Shown piece by piece: positions 37,433 to 45,596 of a stretch of 64,000 nucleotides of DNA. The notes under the pieces are model-generated. The model did not search any database and was not told where the DNA came from. It saw only the letters and a list, made by a program, of their open reading frames with translations. A program made the translations under genes and the position numbers. Origin of the DNA: an uncultured Gammaproteobacteria bacterium (GTDB taxonomy: Bacteria > Patescibacteriota > Patescibacteriia > Magasanikbacterales > UBA922); NCBI GenBank assembly GCA_964418775.1, contig CAYQNA010000001.1, forward strand, positions 446-64,445, written 5' to 3'. Within the stretch, counting starts at the first letter, position 1; each line of letters starts with the position of its first letter.

Positions 37433-38797
37433 CTATTTAATCCAAACTGATTTAACATTAACGAACTCGCGGATGCCGAATGAGTAGAGTTCGCGGCCAA
37501 AGCCGGAGCGTTTGACGCCACCGAGGGGGAGGCGAGGGTCGGATTTGACGAGGCCATTGATGAAGACTGAGCCGACTTCGAGCTGGGCCGCAATTTGTTT
37601 GGCTTTATTGGTGTCGTTCGTCCAGAGTGAGGCGCTAAGGCCAAATGGTGAGTCGTTCGCGATGCGGATGGCTTCGGTGGTGTCGGCAACCGTGATTACA
37701 CCAGCGACTGGTCCAAATACTTCCGCATCATACGCTGGCATGCCTGGTTTAACATCAGCGAGAATCGTTGGTTCGTAAAATGCGCCAGGGCCAGCAATTT
37801 TTTTGCCACCACAAATTAAGCGCGCACCGTTTTGAATTGAGGTTTGGACCTGCTCGTCAATTTCCTCGACAGCTTTGGCGCTCATGAGCGGGCCCATTTG
37901 CGTGTTGGTGTCAGTTGGGTCGCCAACAATAAACTTTGCAAATGCGTTTTTGAATTCAGTGAGGAATTGTTCGGTTACTGATTGCTCAACAATGAAGCGT
38001 TTAGCAGCTAAACAAACTTGCCCGCAATTAAGGAGGCGAGAAGTCGCCGCCGCTTGCGCTGCGGCGGGAATATCCGCATCGGCAAGCACAATAAATGGGT
38101 CACTACCACCAAGTTCGAGCACGGATTTTTTCACTTCGTCAGCGGCGATCGACGCAACTGCGCGGCCCGCTTTTTCCGATCCAGTTAAGGTCACGCCAAT
38201 TACGCGTTTATCACGAATAATTGCTTCGATTGCCTTTGAGCCGACTGGTAAATTTTGAAAAACCCCAACAGGAAATCCGGCCAAGTCAAACGCTTCTTGG
38301 ATTGCAGCTGCACAGCCCTGTACATTGGACGCGTGCTTCATGACCACGGTGTTGCCGGCCATAATTGTCCCAGCGGCAAAACGGAACAATTGCCAGTAGG
38401 GAAAATTCCACGGCATTACCGCCAGTACTACACCCATTGGGTCAAAGCGGATAAAACTTTCGCTCGCATCACTTGGGGCTGCTTCAGGACTCAAAAATTT
38501 CGCGGCATTTTCCGCATAATATTCACAGACCCACGCACATTTTTCGACCTCGGCCGTGGCTTCTTTAATTGGCTTGCCCATTTCGTGCGTGGCAATCAAA
38601 CCATATTTGGCCGCATTTTCACGCAGCACGGTGGCGATTTTTTTTACAAACACTGCCCGTTCGTCCAAACTTTTGGCGCGCCAATCTTGAAACGCGGCGT
38701 CAGCAATTGTTAATTTTGCCTGCACCTCGGCCGCATTTAGCTCGGGCCATTCTTTAATCACCTGGCCAGTGGCCGGATTGGTCGAGAGTAGGGGCAT
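37433..38797 (-). CDS. NAD(P)-dependent succinate-semialdehyde dehydrogenase / aldehyde dehydrogenase
   Basis: MPWNFP, KHAS, TGS, LELGGSD, GQVC, EVFGP, GGVKRSGFGRE. Confidence 0.92.
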   Translation of the reverse strand: MPLLSTNPATGQVIKEWPELNAAEVQAKLTIADAAFQDWRAKSLDERAVFVKKIATVLRENAAKYGLIATHEMGKPIKEATAEVEKCAWVCEYYAENAAKFLSPEAAPSDASESFIRFDPMGVVLAVMPWNFPYWQLFRFAAGTIMAGNTVVMKHASNVQGCAAAIQEAFDLAGFPVGVFQNLPVGSKAIEAIIRDKRVIGVTLTGSEKAGRAVASIAADEVKKSVLELGGSDPFIVLADADIPAAAQAAATSRLLNCGQVCLAAKRFIVEQSVTEQFLTEFKNAFAKFIVGDPTDTNTQMGPLMSAKAVEEIDEQVQTSIQNGARLICGGKKIAGPGAFYEPTILADVKPGMPAYDAEVFGPVAGVITVADTTEAIRIANDSPFGLSASLWTNDTNKAKQIAAQLEVGSVFINGLVKSDPRLPLGGVKRSGFGRELYSFGIREFVNVKSVWIK

Positions 38798-38800
38798 ATT

Positions 38801-39670
38801 TTAAGCACTAAAAATTTGTTTAAGTTCACTGTCTAAAGCGCGATACATTGGGTCAACATCATGGTATGAATCGCGCGGGTGTTCGACAGAATATTTATTT
38901 AATCCCTCGCTTACAGTTGGGTCTTGCAGTGTTTGACGGAGCATTGCAAGGGGCTGGTCAAAGCGAGCTGCTAACCGTGGTTGTTTTGTGTGTTTTGTAT
39001 AGGCTGAGTATGCTTCTAACTGCATAATCATCTCGTCCAAAATTTGGTAGCGCACTGGGTGTGCGGCAAGGGCGCGATTTTCACGATTGGCAGCCAACAG
39101 GGCCAATTCCTGAACAGCTTGCGCGCCCACGCCCACAATCAGACGCGGTACTTTTTCCAATTTACCCCGGAATGTTTCATCGGGGCTGGCGAAGTACTTA
39201 ATCGTTGTTAAGGTGCCCTCATCGATTTCACGCCGGATCCTTTTGAGCTTATCGGCCAGTTTGAGTTTACTGATTGTAATATCGAGCGTAAAACCCAAGT
39301 GACTGTTGCTGGTTTCGGATTCAATTTGCGCAATTGTGTCCACGCCGTTAACAATGTCGTCATATTCTGACGCTCCCATGGTGGTTACATTAGGACCAAG
39401 CCATTCGTTGAGTTCAACTTGGTCAGTAAAAATCTGTTCAAATACCTTGGCCAGACGGGCAGCTTTAAAATCCTTTTGGTCTCCAAGTTCGAAACGCCGT
39501 TTAAAATTAGCAACCGTGTCTTCGTCGCGACGGATAATTGCGTCAGGGTAAAAATCTTTAAAATCAGCCATTTGAATACGGTCGCGGTCACCATTTTTGA
39601 GAAGGTGGGTAATAGCTGCATCGGGATGAGTGAATTTTGCCGCCTGCTCTGGACGGAAACGTTCGGACAT
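38801..39670 (-). CDS. Hypothetical protein
   Basis: 289-aa ORF with a DDIVNGVD...LDIT acidic motif. Confidence 0.7.
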   Translation of the reverse strand: MSERFRPEQAAKFTHPDAAITHLLKNGDRDRIQMADFKDFYPDAIIRRDEDTVANFKRRFELGDQKDFKAARLAKVFEQIFTDQVELNEWLGPNVTTMGASEYDDIVNGVDTIAQIESETSNSHLGFTLDITISKLKLADKLKRIRREIDEGTLTTIKYFASPDETFRGKLEKVPRLIVGVGAQAVQELALLAANRENRALAAHPVRYQILDEMIMQLEAYSAYTKHTKQPRLAARFDQPLAMLRQTLQDPTVSEGLNKYSVEHPRDSYHDVDPMYRALDSELKQIFSA

Positions 39671-39692
39671 ATTTATTTTTATTGATTCTAAT

Positions 39693-41024
39693 TTAGAACA
39701 CGAGCAAACCTACTAAACTGGCCGCAATAATTACGCCAGCGCTGGCCACAAAACGCCAGGCGAACGCGCGGCTGCCTTGGGCAAATGAGTAGCCGGCTTT
39801 GGTTAGGAGATTGGTGGCGTTGACGAGACAGAACGTAAAAATCGCGGTTTGGAACGTAATCGTGCGGCCAGCCATGTCAGCGAGGTTGAGGACAATCGCA
39901 TCGATACCGGCAAACGAGGCAATCACCGAACTGATGATAAAGCCCGAATTTCCGAATAAAATCAAACAAATTTTGGTAACAAACTTAACGGCAATCAAAA
40001 GGCAGGCGAATTTGAGGGCTGGAACAAAGTCAAAAATGCGGCGTTCGGGCGCGGCTTCGGTTTTGGTTTCTTTGCCCGTCTTGTCCTGGCCGCGAATCAG
40101 GAAATAGGCCGCAACCACACCACCAGCGCCCACAATGCTGAGCAATGTCGGGGTTAAGGCCACGAGCCAAGCGCTGTTAAGTGGGCCAACAAGCAAGAAA
40201 ACCTGGAAAAAACTGGCCACATTGGCGAGGAGCGCGGCGCCAACCAGAATCGTGGCGTGATTTTTTTCCACACGGCTTTTTTGCGCGAGTGCCACTGTGG
40301 TTGAAGTTGAAGAGATAAAACCACCGACTAAACTGGCGAGCGTGAAACTTTTTTTCGCACCAAAAATTTTGTTCAAAATATACCCCAGCACATCAATACC
40401 AGTCACAAGTGCGACAATAAACCAAATTTTGCGTGGGTTGAAAATTTCCACGCCCGCGAATTGGCCGAGCTCAACACCATATCCACCCAGGAATGTCTGC
40501 AAAAATGGAATGTGCGAAATTTGGATTGATTGGTCAGGTAAAATTGGCAAAATCACGAGTGCAATTAGCGCATAGCTAATAAATCCGGGCAATTCCTTGG
40601 CTGTAATCCAGCGCGATGTAATGTGGTGAGTATGTTTTTTAACTGCCAAAATAATAAGCGCGAAAATTAAAATAATGACTGTGTTTTGCAAAGAAATTAG
40701 TTTGGAAACAGTCAAAAAACCAATCGCAAACGTAATAATAACAGACAATTCGGTTGTGATGCCGAGTTGCTTGTAACCATAGGCGTGGAGCGCGTAGTAG
40801 ACGATAAGGAGGCCAACGACGCTAGCGAGTAAGCCAATCGCGAGCGGCGCAATTGCGGCCATCCAAAAAAAGCCGGCCAACCCACCAATCAAACCAATGA
40901 GTGCGTACGTGCGAATGCCGCCAATTGATTCTTCTTCGGACCCAGTACGATGTGCTTCGCGTTCCAACCCAACAATGGCGCCAAACAGCGCGGCTAAGAA
41001 AAAGGTGACAGGTAGAGAAAACAT
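39693..41024 (-). CDS. MgtC/SapB family protein with DUF4010
   Basis: GAIVGLERE, GGIRTY, GITTE, LPILPD, GGFISSTSTT. Confidence 0.88.
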   Translation of the reverse strand: MFSLPVTFFLAALFGAIVGLEREAHRTGSEEESIGGIRTYALIGLIGGLAGFFWMAAIAPLAIGLLASVVGLLIVYYALHAYGYKQLGITTELSVIITFAIGFLTVSKLISLQNTVIILIFALIILAVKKHTHHITSRWITAKELPGFISYALIALVILPILPDQSIQISHIPFLQTFLGGYGVELGQFAGVEIFNPRKIWFIVALVTGIDVLGYILNKIFGAKKSFTLASLVGGFISSTSTTVALAQKSRVEKNHATILVGAALLANVASFFQVFLLVGPLNSAWLVALTPTLLSIVGAGGVVAAYFLIRGQDKTGKETKTEAAPERRIFDFVPALKFACLLIAVKFVTKICLILFGNSGFIISSVIASFAGIDAIVLNLADMAGRTITFQTAIFTFCLVNATNLLTKAGYSFAQGSRAFAWRFVASAGVIIAASLVGLLVF

Positions 41025-41051
41025 ATGAAAATGAATTCTCTATAGTATACA

Positions 41052-42692
41052 CTAAATTACGCAGGATTTCTCTTTTAATTCGCGCGTGAGCACACGGTCG
41101 TTTTCCGAGTAATCAATGGGCACGTCAATGATGTGCACACCGGGCGTGGCCAAAGTTTTTTTCAGGAGTTCGCTGAACTCGGCTGTTTTGGTGACGCGGT
41201 GTCCGTGCGCGCCATAGGCTTCGGCGTATTTTGCAAAGTCTGGGTTGGTGAAGTCGAGGCCAAATGAATTGAATCCGCCCGCGTCCTGTTTCCATTTAAT
41301 CATGCCATAACCATTGTCGTTCAGGATTACGACAGTGAGGTTGAGGCCCAAGCGTACCGCGGTTTCGAGTTCTTGTGAATTCATCATAAAACCGCCGTCG
41401 CCGCAGACAGCGACAACTTTTTTGTCTGGGTGGAGGAGTGCCGCGGCCATGGCCGATGGCAGGCCCGCGCCCATTGTCGCGAGTGCGTTGTCGAGCAAAA
41501 TTGTGTTGCGTTCGTGGGCTGGGTAATAGCGCGCAAACCACAATTTGTACATGCCATTGTCGAGTGTGAGGATGCCGCCCGAGGGCACGACGCTTCGTAC
41601 ATCGGCCACAATGCGTTGCGGAATAATTGGGAAGCGATCGTCCGCAATATCGCGCTGCAAATGCGCGTCAAGCTGCGCTTTAACTTTTTGGAAGTATGCA
41701 AAATCCCAATGCGACTGCGGTTCTAACTGTTCTTTAATTTGCCAGAGTGCATTACCGATGTCACCAATCACTTCTAGGGTGGGGAAGTAGACTTCGTCAA
41801 CTTTGGCGCTCAAAAAATTTAAATGGATAACTTTAGCGCCGTCTGGTTTCATTATGAACGGTGGTTTTTCGACCACATCATGGCCAACATTAATGATCAG
41901 GTCAGCGCGATCCACAGCGCAATGCAAATAATCATTGGCCGAAAGTGCGGCGGTGCCTAAATACAGCGGGTGGCGCTCATCAACAACACCCTTGCCCATT
42001 TGCGTGGTGAAAAATGGGATGCCGGTTTTGGCAATTAATTCTGTGAGCATTTTGGAAACTAATTTTCGGTTGGCGCCAGCACCAACCAAAATGAGTGGGT
42101 GTTTGGCGTCAGCAATCATTTGCACTGCTTGTTTAATGGCCTTTTCTTCGGCCACTGGGCGACGCGCGCGATTAATTGGCAAGAGCGGCGCATCAGTTTC
42201 CTCGGCTGCTACGTCTTCGGGCAGTTCCAAATGCACTGCGCCTGGGCGCTCTTCTTCGGCTACACGAAACGCTTCGCGCACCATGGATGGAATTGCATGC
42301 GCGCTCACAATTTGTTTGGCAAACTTTGTCAGTGGCTTCATCATGCCAACCACATCAACAATTTGGAAATGGCCTTGTTTGCTTTTTTTAATTGGTTTTT
42401 GGCCCGTAATCATGATAATTGGCATGGCCCCAAGTTGCGCGTAGGCAGCGGCGGTCACAAAATTTGTTGCGCCTGGCCCAAGCGTGGACAAACACACACC
42501 AGTTTTGCCAGTTAGGCGGCCATAGGTTGCGGCCATAAAACCTGCGGCCTGTTCGTGGCGCGTCACAATTAATTTGATTGATGAGCTTCGGAGCGATTCC
42601 AAAAAATCCAAATTTTCTTCACCTGGAATACCAAAAATATATTCCACGCACTCGGCTTCCAGGGCTTTTACCAACAAGTCAGAGGCTTTCAT
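41052..42692 (-). CDS. Acetolactate synthase large subunit (ThDP enzyme)
   Basis: MKASDL...FGIPGEEN, RHEQAAGFMA, GPGATN, GDGGF.MN; start moved to ATG 42692. Confidence 0.92.
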   Translation of the reverse strand: MKASDLLVKALEAECVEYIFGIPGEENLDFLESLRSSSIKLIVTRHEQAAGFMAATYGRLTGKTGVCLSTLGPGATNFVTAAAYAQLGAMPIIMITGQKPIKKSKQGHFQIVDVVGMMKPLTKFAKQIVSAHAIPSMVREAFRVAEEERPGAVHLELPEDVAAEETDAPLLPINRARRPVAEEKAIKQAVQMIADAKHPLILVGAGANRKLVSKMLTELIAKTGIPFFTTQMGKGVVDERHPLYLGTAALSANDYLHCAVDRADLIINVGHDVVEKPPFIMKPDGAKVIHLNFLSAKVDEVYFPTLEVIGDIGNALWQIKEQLEPQSHWDFAYFQKVKAQLDAHLQRDIADDRFPIIPQRIVADVRSVVPSGGILTLDNGMYKLWFARYYPAHERNTILLDNALATMGAGLPSAMAAALLHPDKKVVAVCGDGGFMMNSQELETAVRLGLNLTVVILNDNGYGMIKWKQDAGGFNSFGLDFTNPDFAKYAEAYGAHGHRVTKTAEFSELLKKTLATPGVHIIDVPIDYSENDRVLTRELKEKSCVI

Positions 42693-42753
42693 AGAAAAAA
42701 TAAGTACAGAAAATGTACCATTTGGGCGTGAAAAAAACAACTCGAATATAAAT

Positions 42754-43053
42754 AAAAAATCCCCGTGTAGGGGGTTTAAATAATTTTGGGAACGGAGCGG
42801 CGAGTCAGCGACTGCCGCCCCGTGCCCGACCTTAGTCGGGCTGACGACGCGAATCCCGGGGTTTACGTCCCCCAGGGTAACTCGTGGAACCTCCCCACTG
42901 GGGTTCTGCCGAGTGAGACCACGCAGGTACTTCCTGCGAAGGCACGCTGGATGATCCAGCGAAGTGAACCGCTGGTTCGTGTTTTCGATCTTTCTTGGCG
43001 TCTGTAATTTTTGGCATCTGCCCCCCTCACGGCTTAGCCGAAGCCAAGCAACC
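42754..43053 (-). ncRNA. Candidate ~300-nt GC-rich structured RNA containing an SD-led 61-aa ORF (42832-43017)
   Basis: TTGACA-17-CATACT promoter (43087-43059), 5' C(UUCG)G hairpin, about 7 further hairpins, terminator 42754-42777. Confidence 0.55.
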
Positions 43054-43090
43054 AAAACAGTATGAAGCTAAGATGGTTTACTGTCAATAT

Positions 43091-43408
43091 TTAATCAATA
43101 ATCCACGGCGCAGTAGGGCTCAACAAAAAGTAGAGGGCCGCGATTTGCAACGCCAAAATCAACGCAGCCACGGCCTGGAACGAAAGCTTTTTTGTTTTAT
43201 GTCGAAAATAATTCATGGCCACAAGCGCCCCAACACTGCCACCAAGGAGCATTAAAATCCACAACGTGGCCTCGGGTGTGCGACGTACCCCAACTTTGCG
43301 CGATCGCGCTTTGTCGATCCCAAATGCCAAAAAAGCCGCGATATTAATCACGGCTATGTACCACAGCCACAAAGGAATTTGGGTCAAGCTAGGTAACATC
43401 TGGTTCAT
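43091..43408 (-). CDS. DUF1294 membrane protein
   Basis: FGIDK...R.PE.TL...GG..GA...FRHKTKK. Confidence 0.9.
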   Translation of the reverse strand: MNQMLPSLTQIPLWLWYIAVINIAAFLAFGIDKARSRKVGVRRTPEATLWILMLLGGSVGALVAMNYFRHKTKKLSFQAVAALILALQIAALYFLLSPTAPWIID

Positions 43409-43943
43409 CTTGGTGGCGTTTGCGATATTCGGCAGCTAGTCGGATCAATTCTTCGCGCACATGGTCTGGGTTGGGGATTTGGTGGAAAATAATTGAATTT
43501 GTGGAAGATGCAGTGGTCACAACCAAATTACCAAAGTGCATGATGGTACTGAACACACCGTGTACATTGGTTGTTACGTCCTGAATACGGCCCAATTCGA
43601 ATTCTGTGATGTTGCGTCTAAACAGGCCTTCTTGGGCGATGTCGATAATGCGTTCATTTGTCACAATCCACAAGTCCAAGTAGTAGTCGATGAAACGAAT
43701 GTAGAAAAATAGAAGCGCAAACAAGCAATACAAACTACCAATCAGCACAATTACCGGATATGCGGCTGACTCACTCCAAATCATTTCGGGAAATAACGCA
43801 TTGGCGCCATACATGACTCCAAGTGGCAGAGTGGATAATATAATAAATACCACAATCGTAGAGACAAATGTGATCCAGTGTCGGCGCAAAATAAAAATCA
43901 CGTGTTCGGCCGGCTTTTTTTTAACAAAATGCGAAAGGTGCAT
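43389..43943 (-). CDS. Membrane protein with a bacterial PH domain (bPH_2)
   Basis: RRHW, two TM helices, WIVTNERII...GLF...IQDV....G....FG. Confidence 0.8.
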   Translation of the reverse strand: MHLSHFVKKKPAEHVIFILRRHWITFVSTIVVFIILSTLPLGVMYGANALFPEMIWSESAAYPVIVLIGSLYCLFALLFFYIRFIDYYLDLWIVTNERIIDIAQEGLFRRNITEFELGRIQDVTTNVHGVFSTIMHFGNLVVTTASSTNSIIFHQIPNPDHVREELIRLAAEYRKRHQDEPDVT

Positions 43944-43944
43944 A

Positions 43945-44208
43945 TTATTCAATGGTGCCCGAAGACCCAAGCCAATCGGTGTTAAACGCCGCAATTGGTT
44001 CGCGCCAGTCGACACCTTGCAGCAAGAACCAGGTCGAATAAAGCGTCAGTGCGGTGGCCGCAAGCACAAAAAACGTCATGCTAAAACTCGGCAGCGTTAG
44101 GGTGTCAGTGCTAATGATGTGGTAAAAATTGGCCACCATCACCACTGCGAAAATTGCCAAAAAGAGCAGGTACACGAACAGTAAAATATACAAAGGGAAC
44201 GCGAGCAT
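43945..44208 (-). CDS. Small hypothetical membrane protein
   Basis: Two hydrophobic helices; 1-nt spacing to both neighbours. Confidence 0.7.
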   Translation of the reverse strand: MLAFPLYILLFVYLLFLAIFAVVMVANFYHIISTDTLTLPSFSMTFFVLAATALTLYSTWFLLQGVDWREPIAAFNTDWLGSSGTIE

Positions 44209-44209
44209 A

Positions 44210-45259
44210 TTAAAATAAAGTGTCAGATTTTGGGACTTGGCGGCCTAAATGTTGGTAGGCCAAAGCGGTAACTTGGCGGCCGCGTGGTGTGCGTTCAATT
44301 AGGCCAAGTTGTAACATATAAGGCTCGTAAATTGTTTCCAGGGTTTCCGTATCCTCGGCCACTGCGGCGGCGAGTGTGTTGAGTCCCACGGGCCCGCCCT
44401 GAAATTTATCAATAATTGTGGCCAAAATTTTCCGGTCCACTTCGTCCAAACCAGATTCGTCAATTTGTAGCATGCGTAGGGCAGCCTGTGTAATTGACGG
44501 GGTAAGTATACCATTGTTCTGTACTTCGGCATAGTCGCGCACGCGCTTAAGCAAGCGGTTGGCCACGCGTGGAGTGCGGCGGGCGCGTTCGGCTACCAAA
44601 CCAGAGGTGCCGTTTTCCATGGTTAGGCCGAGCAAGTCAGCGTTGCGCGCCACAATTTTTTCCAAGTCACTGATTTCGTAAAAATTTAAATGGTACACGT
44701 GGCCAAAGCGGTCGCGCAGTGGGGCCGAGAGCATGTTAAGCTTGGTTGTGGCGCCAATCAGTGTGAAGCGGGCGAGTGGCATGCGGAGCGTGCGTGCAGC
44801 CGGCCCTTTGCCGAGCACAATGTCGAGCGCATAATCTTCCATGGCACTATACAGCACTTCTTCAATTGTTTTGTTGAGGCGATGAATTTCATCAATAAAC
44901 AAAATGTCACCAGCCTGAAGATTGGTTAGAATCGCGGCCAAATCACCCACGCGTTCCAGGGCTGGACCAGAGGTTACGCGCATTTGTGAATTCATTTCTT
45001 TGGCAATAATACTCGCGAGCGTGGTCTTGCCCAAACCAGGATTGCCATACAACAAAACGTGCTCGAGTGCTTCTTCGCGCTTGGACGCAGCCTGGAGCGA
45101 AATCAACAGTGGCTGTTTAATATGATTTTGTCCCACAAAATCATCCAAACGGCTTGGACGCAAACTCACTTCGAGCGCGGTCTCATCGGTTTGCGCGGCC
45201 GGCGCAACCAGACGCTCAAATTCATTGTCCTCGGGTGCTCCACCCAAATCTTTTGGCAT
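44210..45259 (-). CDS. ruvB: Holliday junction branch migration helicase RuvB
   Basis: [46 protein letters not shown]. Confidence 0.97.
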   Translation of the reverse strand: MPKDLGGAPEDNEFERLVAPAAQTDETALEVSLRPSRLDDFVGQNHIKQPLLISLQAASKREEALEHVLLYGNPGLGKTTLASIIAKEMNSQMRVTSGPALERVGDLAAILTNLQAGDILFIDEIHRLNKTIEEVLYSAMEDYALDIVLGKGPAARTLRMPLARFTLIGATTKLNMLSAPLRDRFGHVYHLNFYEISDLEKIVARNADLLGLTMENGTSGLVAERARRTPRVANRLLKRVRDYAEVQNNGILTPSITQAALRMLQIDESGLDEVDRKILATIIDKFQGGPVGLNTLAAAVAEDTETLETIYEPYMLQLGLIERTPRGRQVTALAYQHLGRQVPKSDTLF

Positions 45260-45307
45260 AGTTTGTGTAGTATACGGGGCCAAAAAGCAAAAGACAAGCA
45301 GCGACTT

Positions 45308-45360
45308 TTTGGAAAAATTTTTTCGTTATCCACCGGCTGGTGTGGATAAGTTGTGGGTAG
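45308..45360. promoter_or_regulatory. DnaA boxes between ruvB and nrdJ
   Basis: TTATCCACC 45326, perfect TGTGGATAA 45341, TGTGGGTAG 45352. Confidence 0.6.
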
Positions 45361-45469
45361 AAAAAAGCGACACAAAATTGTTGGCTCAGTGTTGCGCAAT
45401 TTTGCGTCTCTGAGTTCATGCTAGTCGCGTCTGTAAGCATGTGTTATACTACGCGCTACCTGTCAGTAA

Positions 45470-45515
45470 TCCTACATATTGTGGTCTAAAGCGGTTTAAA
45501 CCACAACATATAGGA
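45470..45515 (+). promoter_or_regulatory. Tandem NrdR boxes
   Basis: Cores CTACATATTG (45472) and CAACATATAG (45503) fit CwAtATaTwG and lie 31 bp apart, downstream of an extended -10 TGtTATACT (45442-45450). Confidence 0.8.
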
Positions 45516-45596
45516 ATTTCATTACTATCGCAATACCATGTTAATAGTCGACAGGCATGGTATTTTATAAACTAATTTACCCTAAATTCCAGCGCT

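Noticed and set aside
45420-45596. Cobalamin riboswitch before nrdJ
   Set aside because: No B12-box or GGGAA...GCCACUG core; the region is explained by NrdR boxes.
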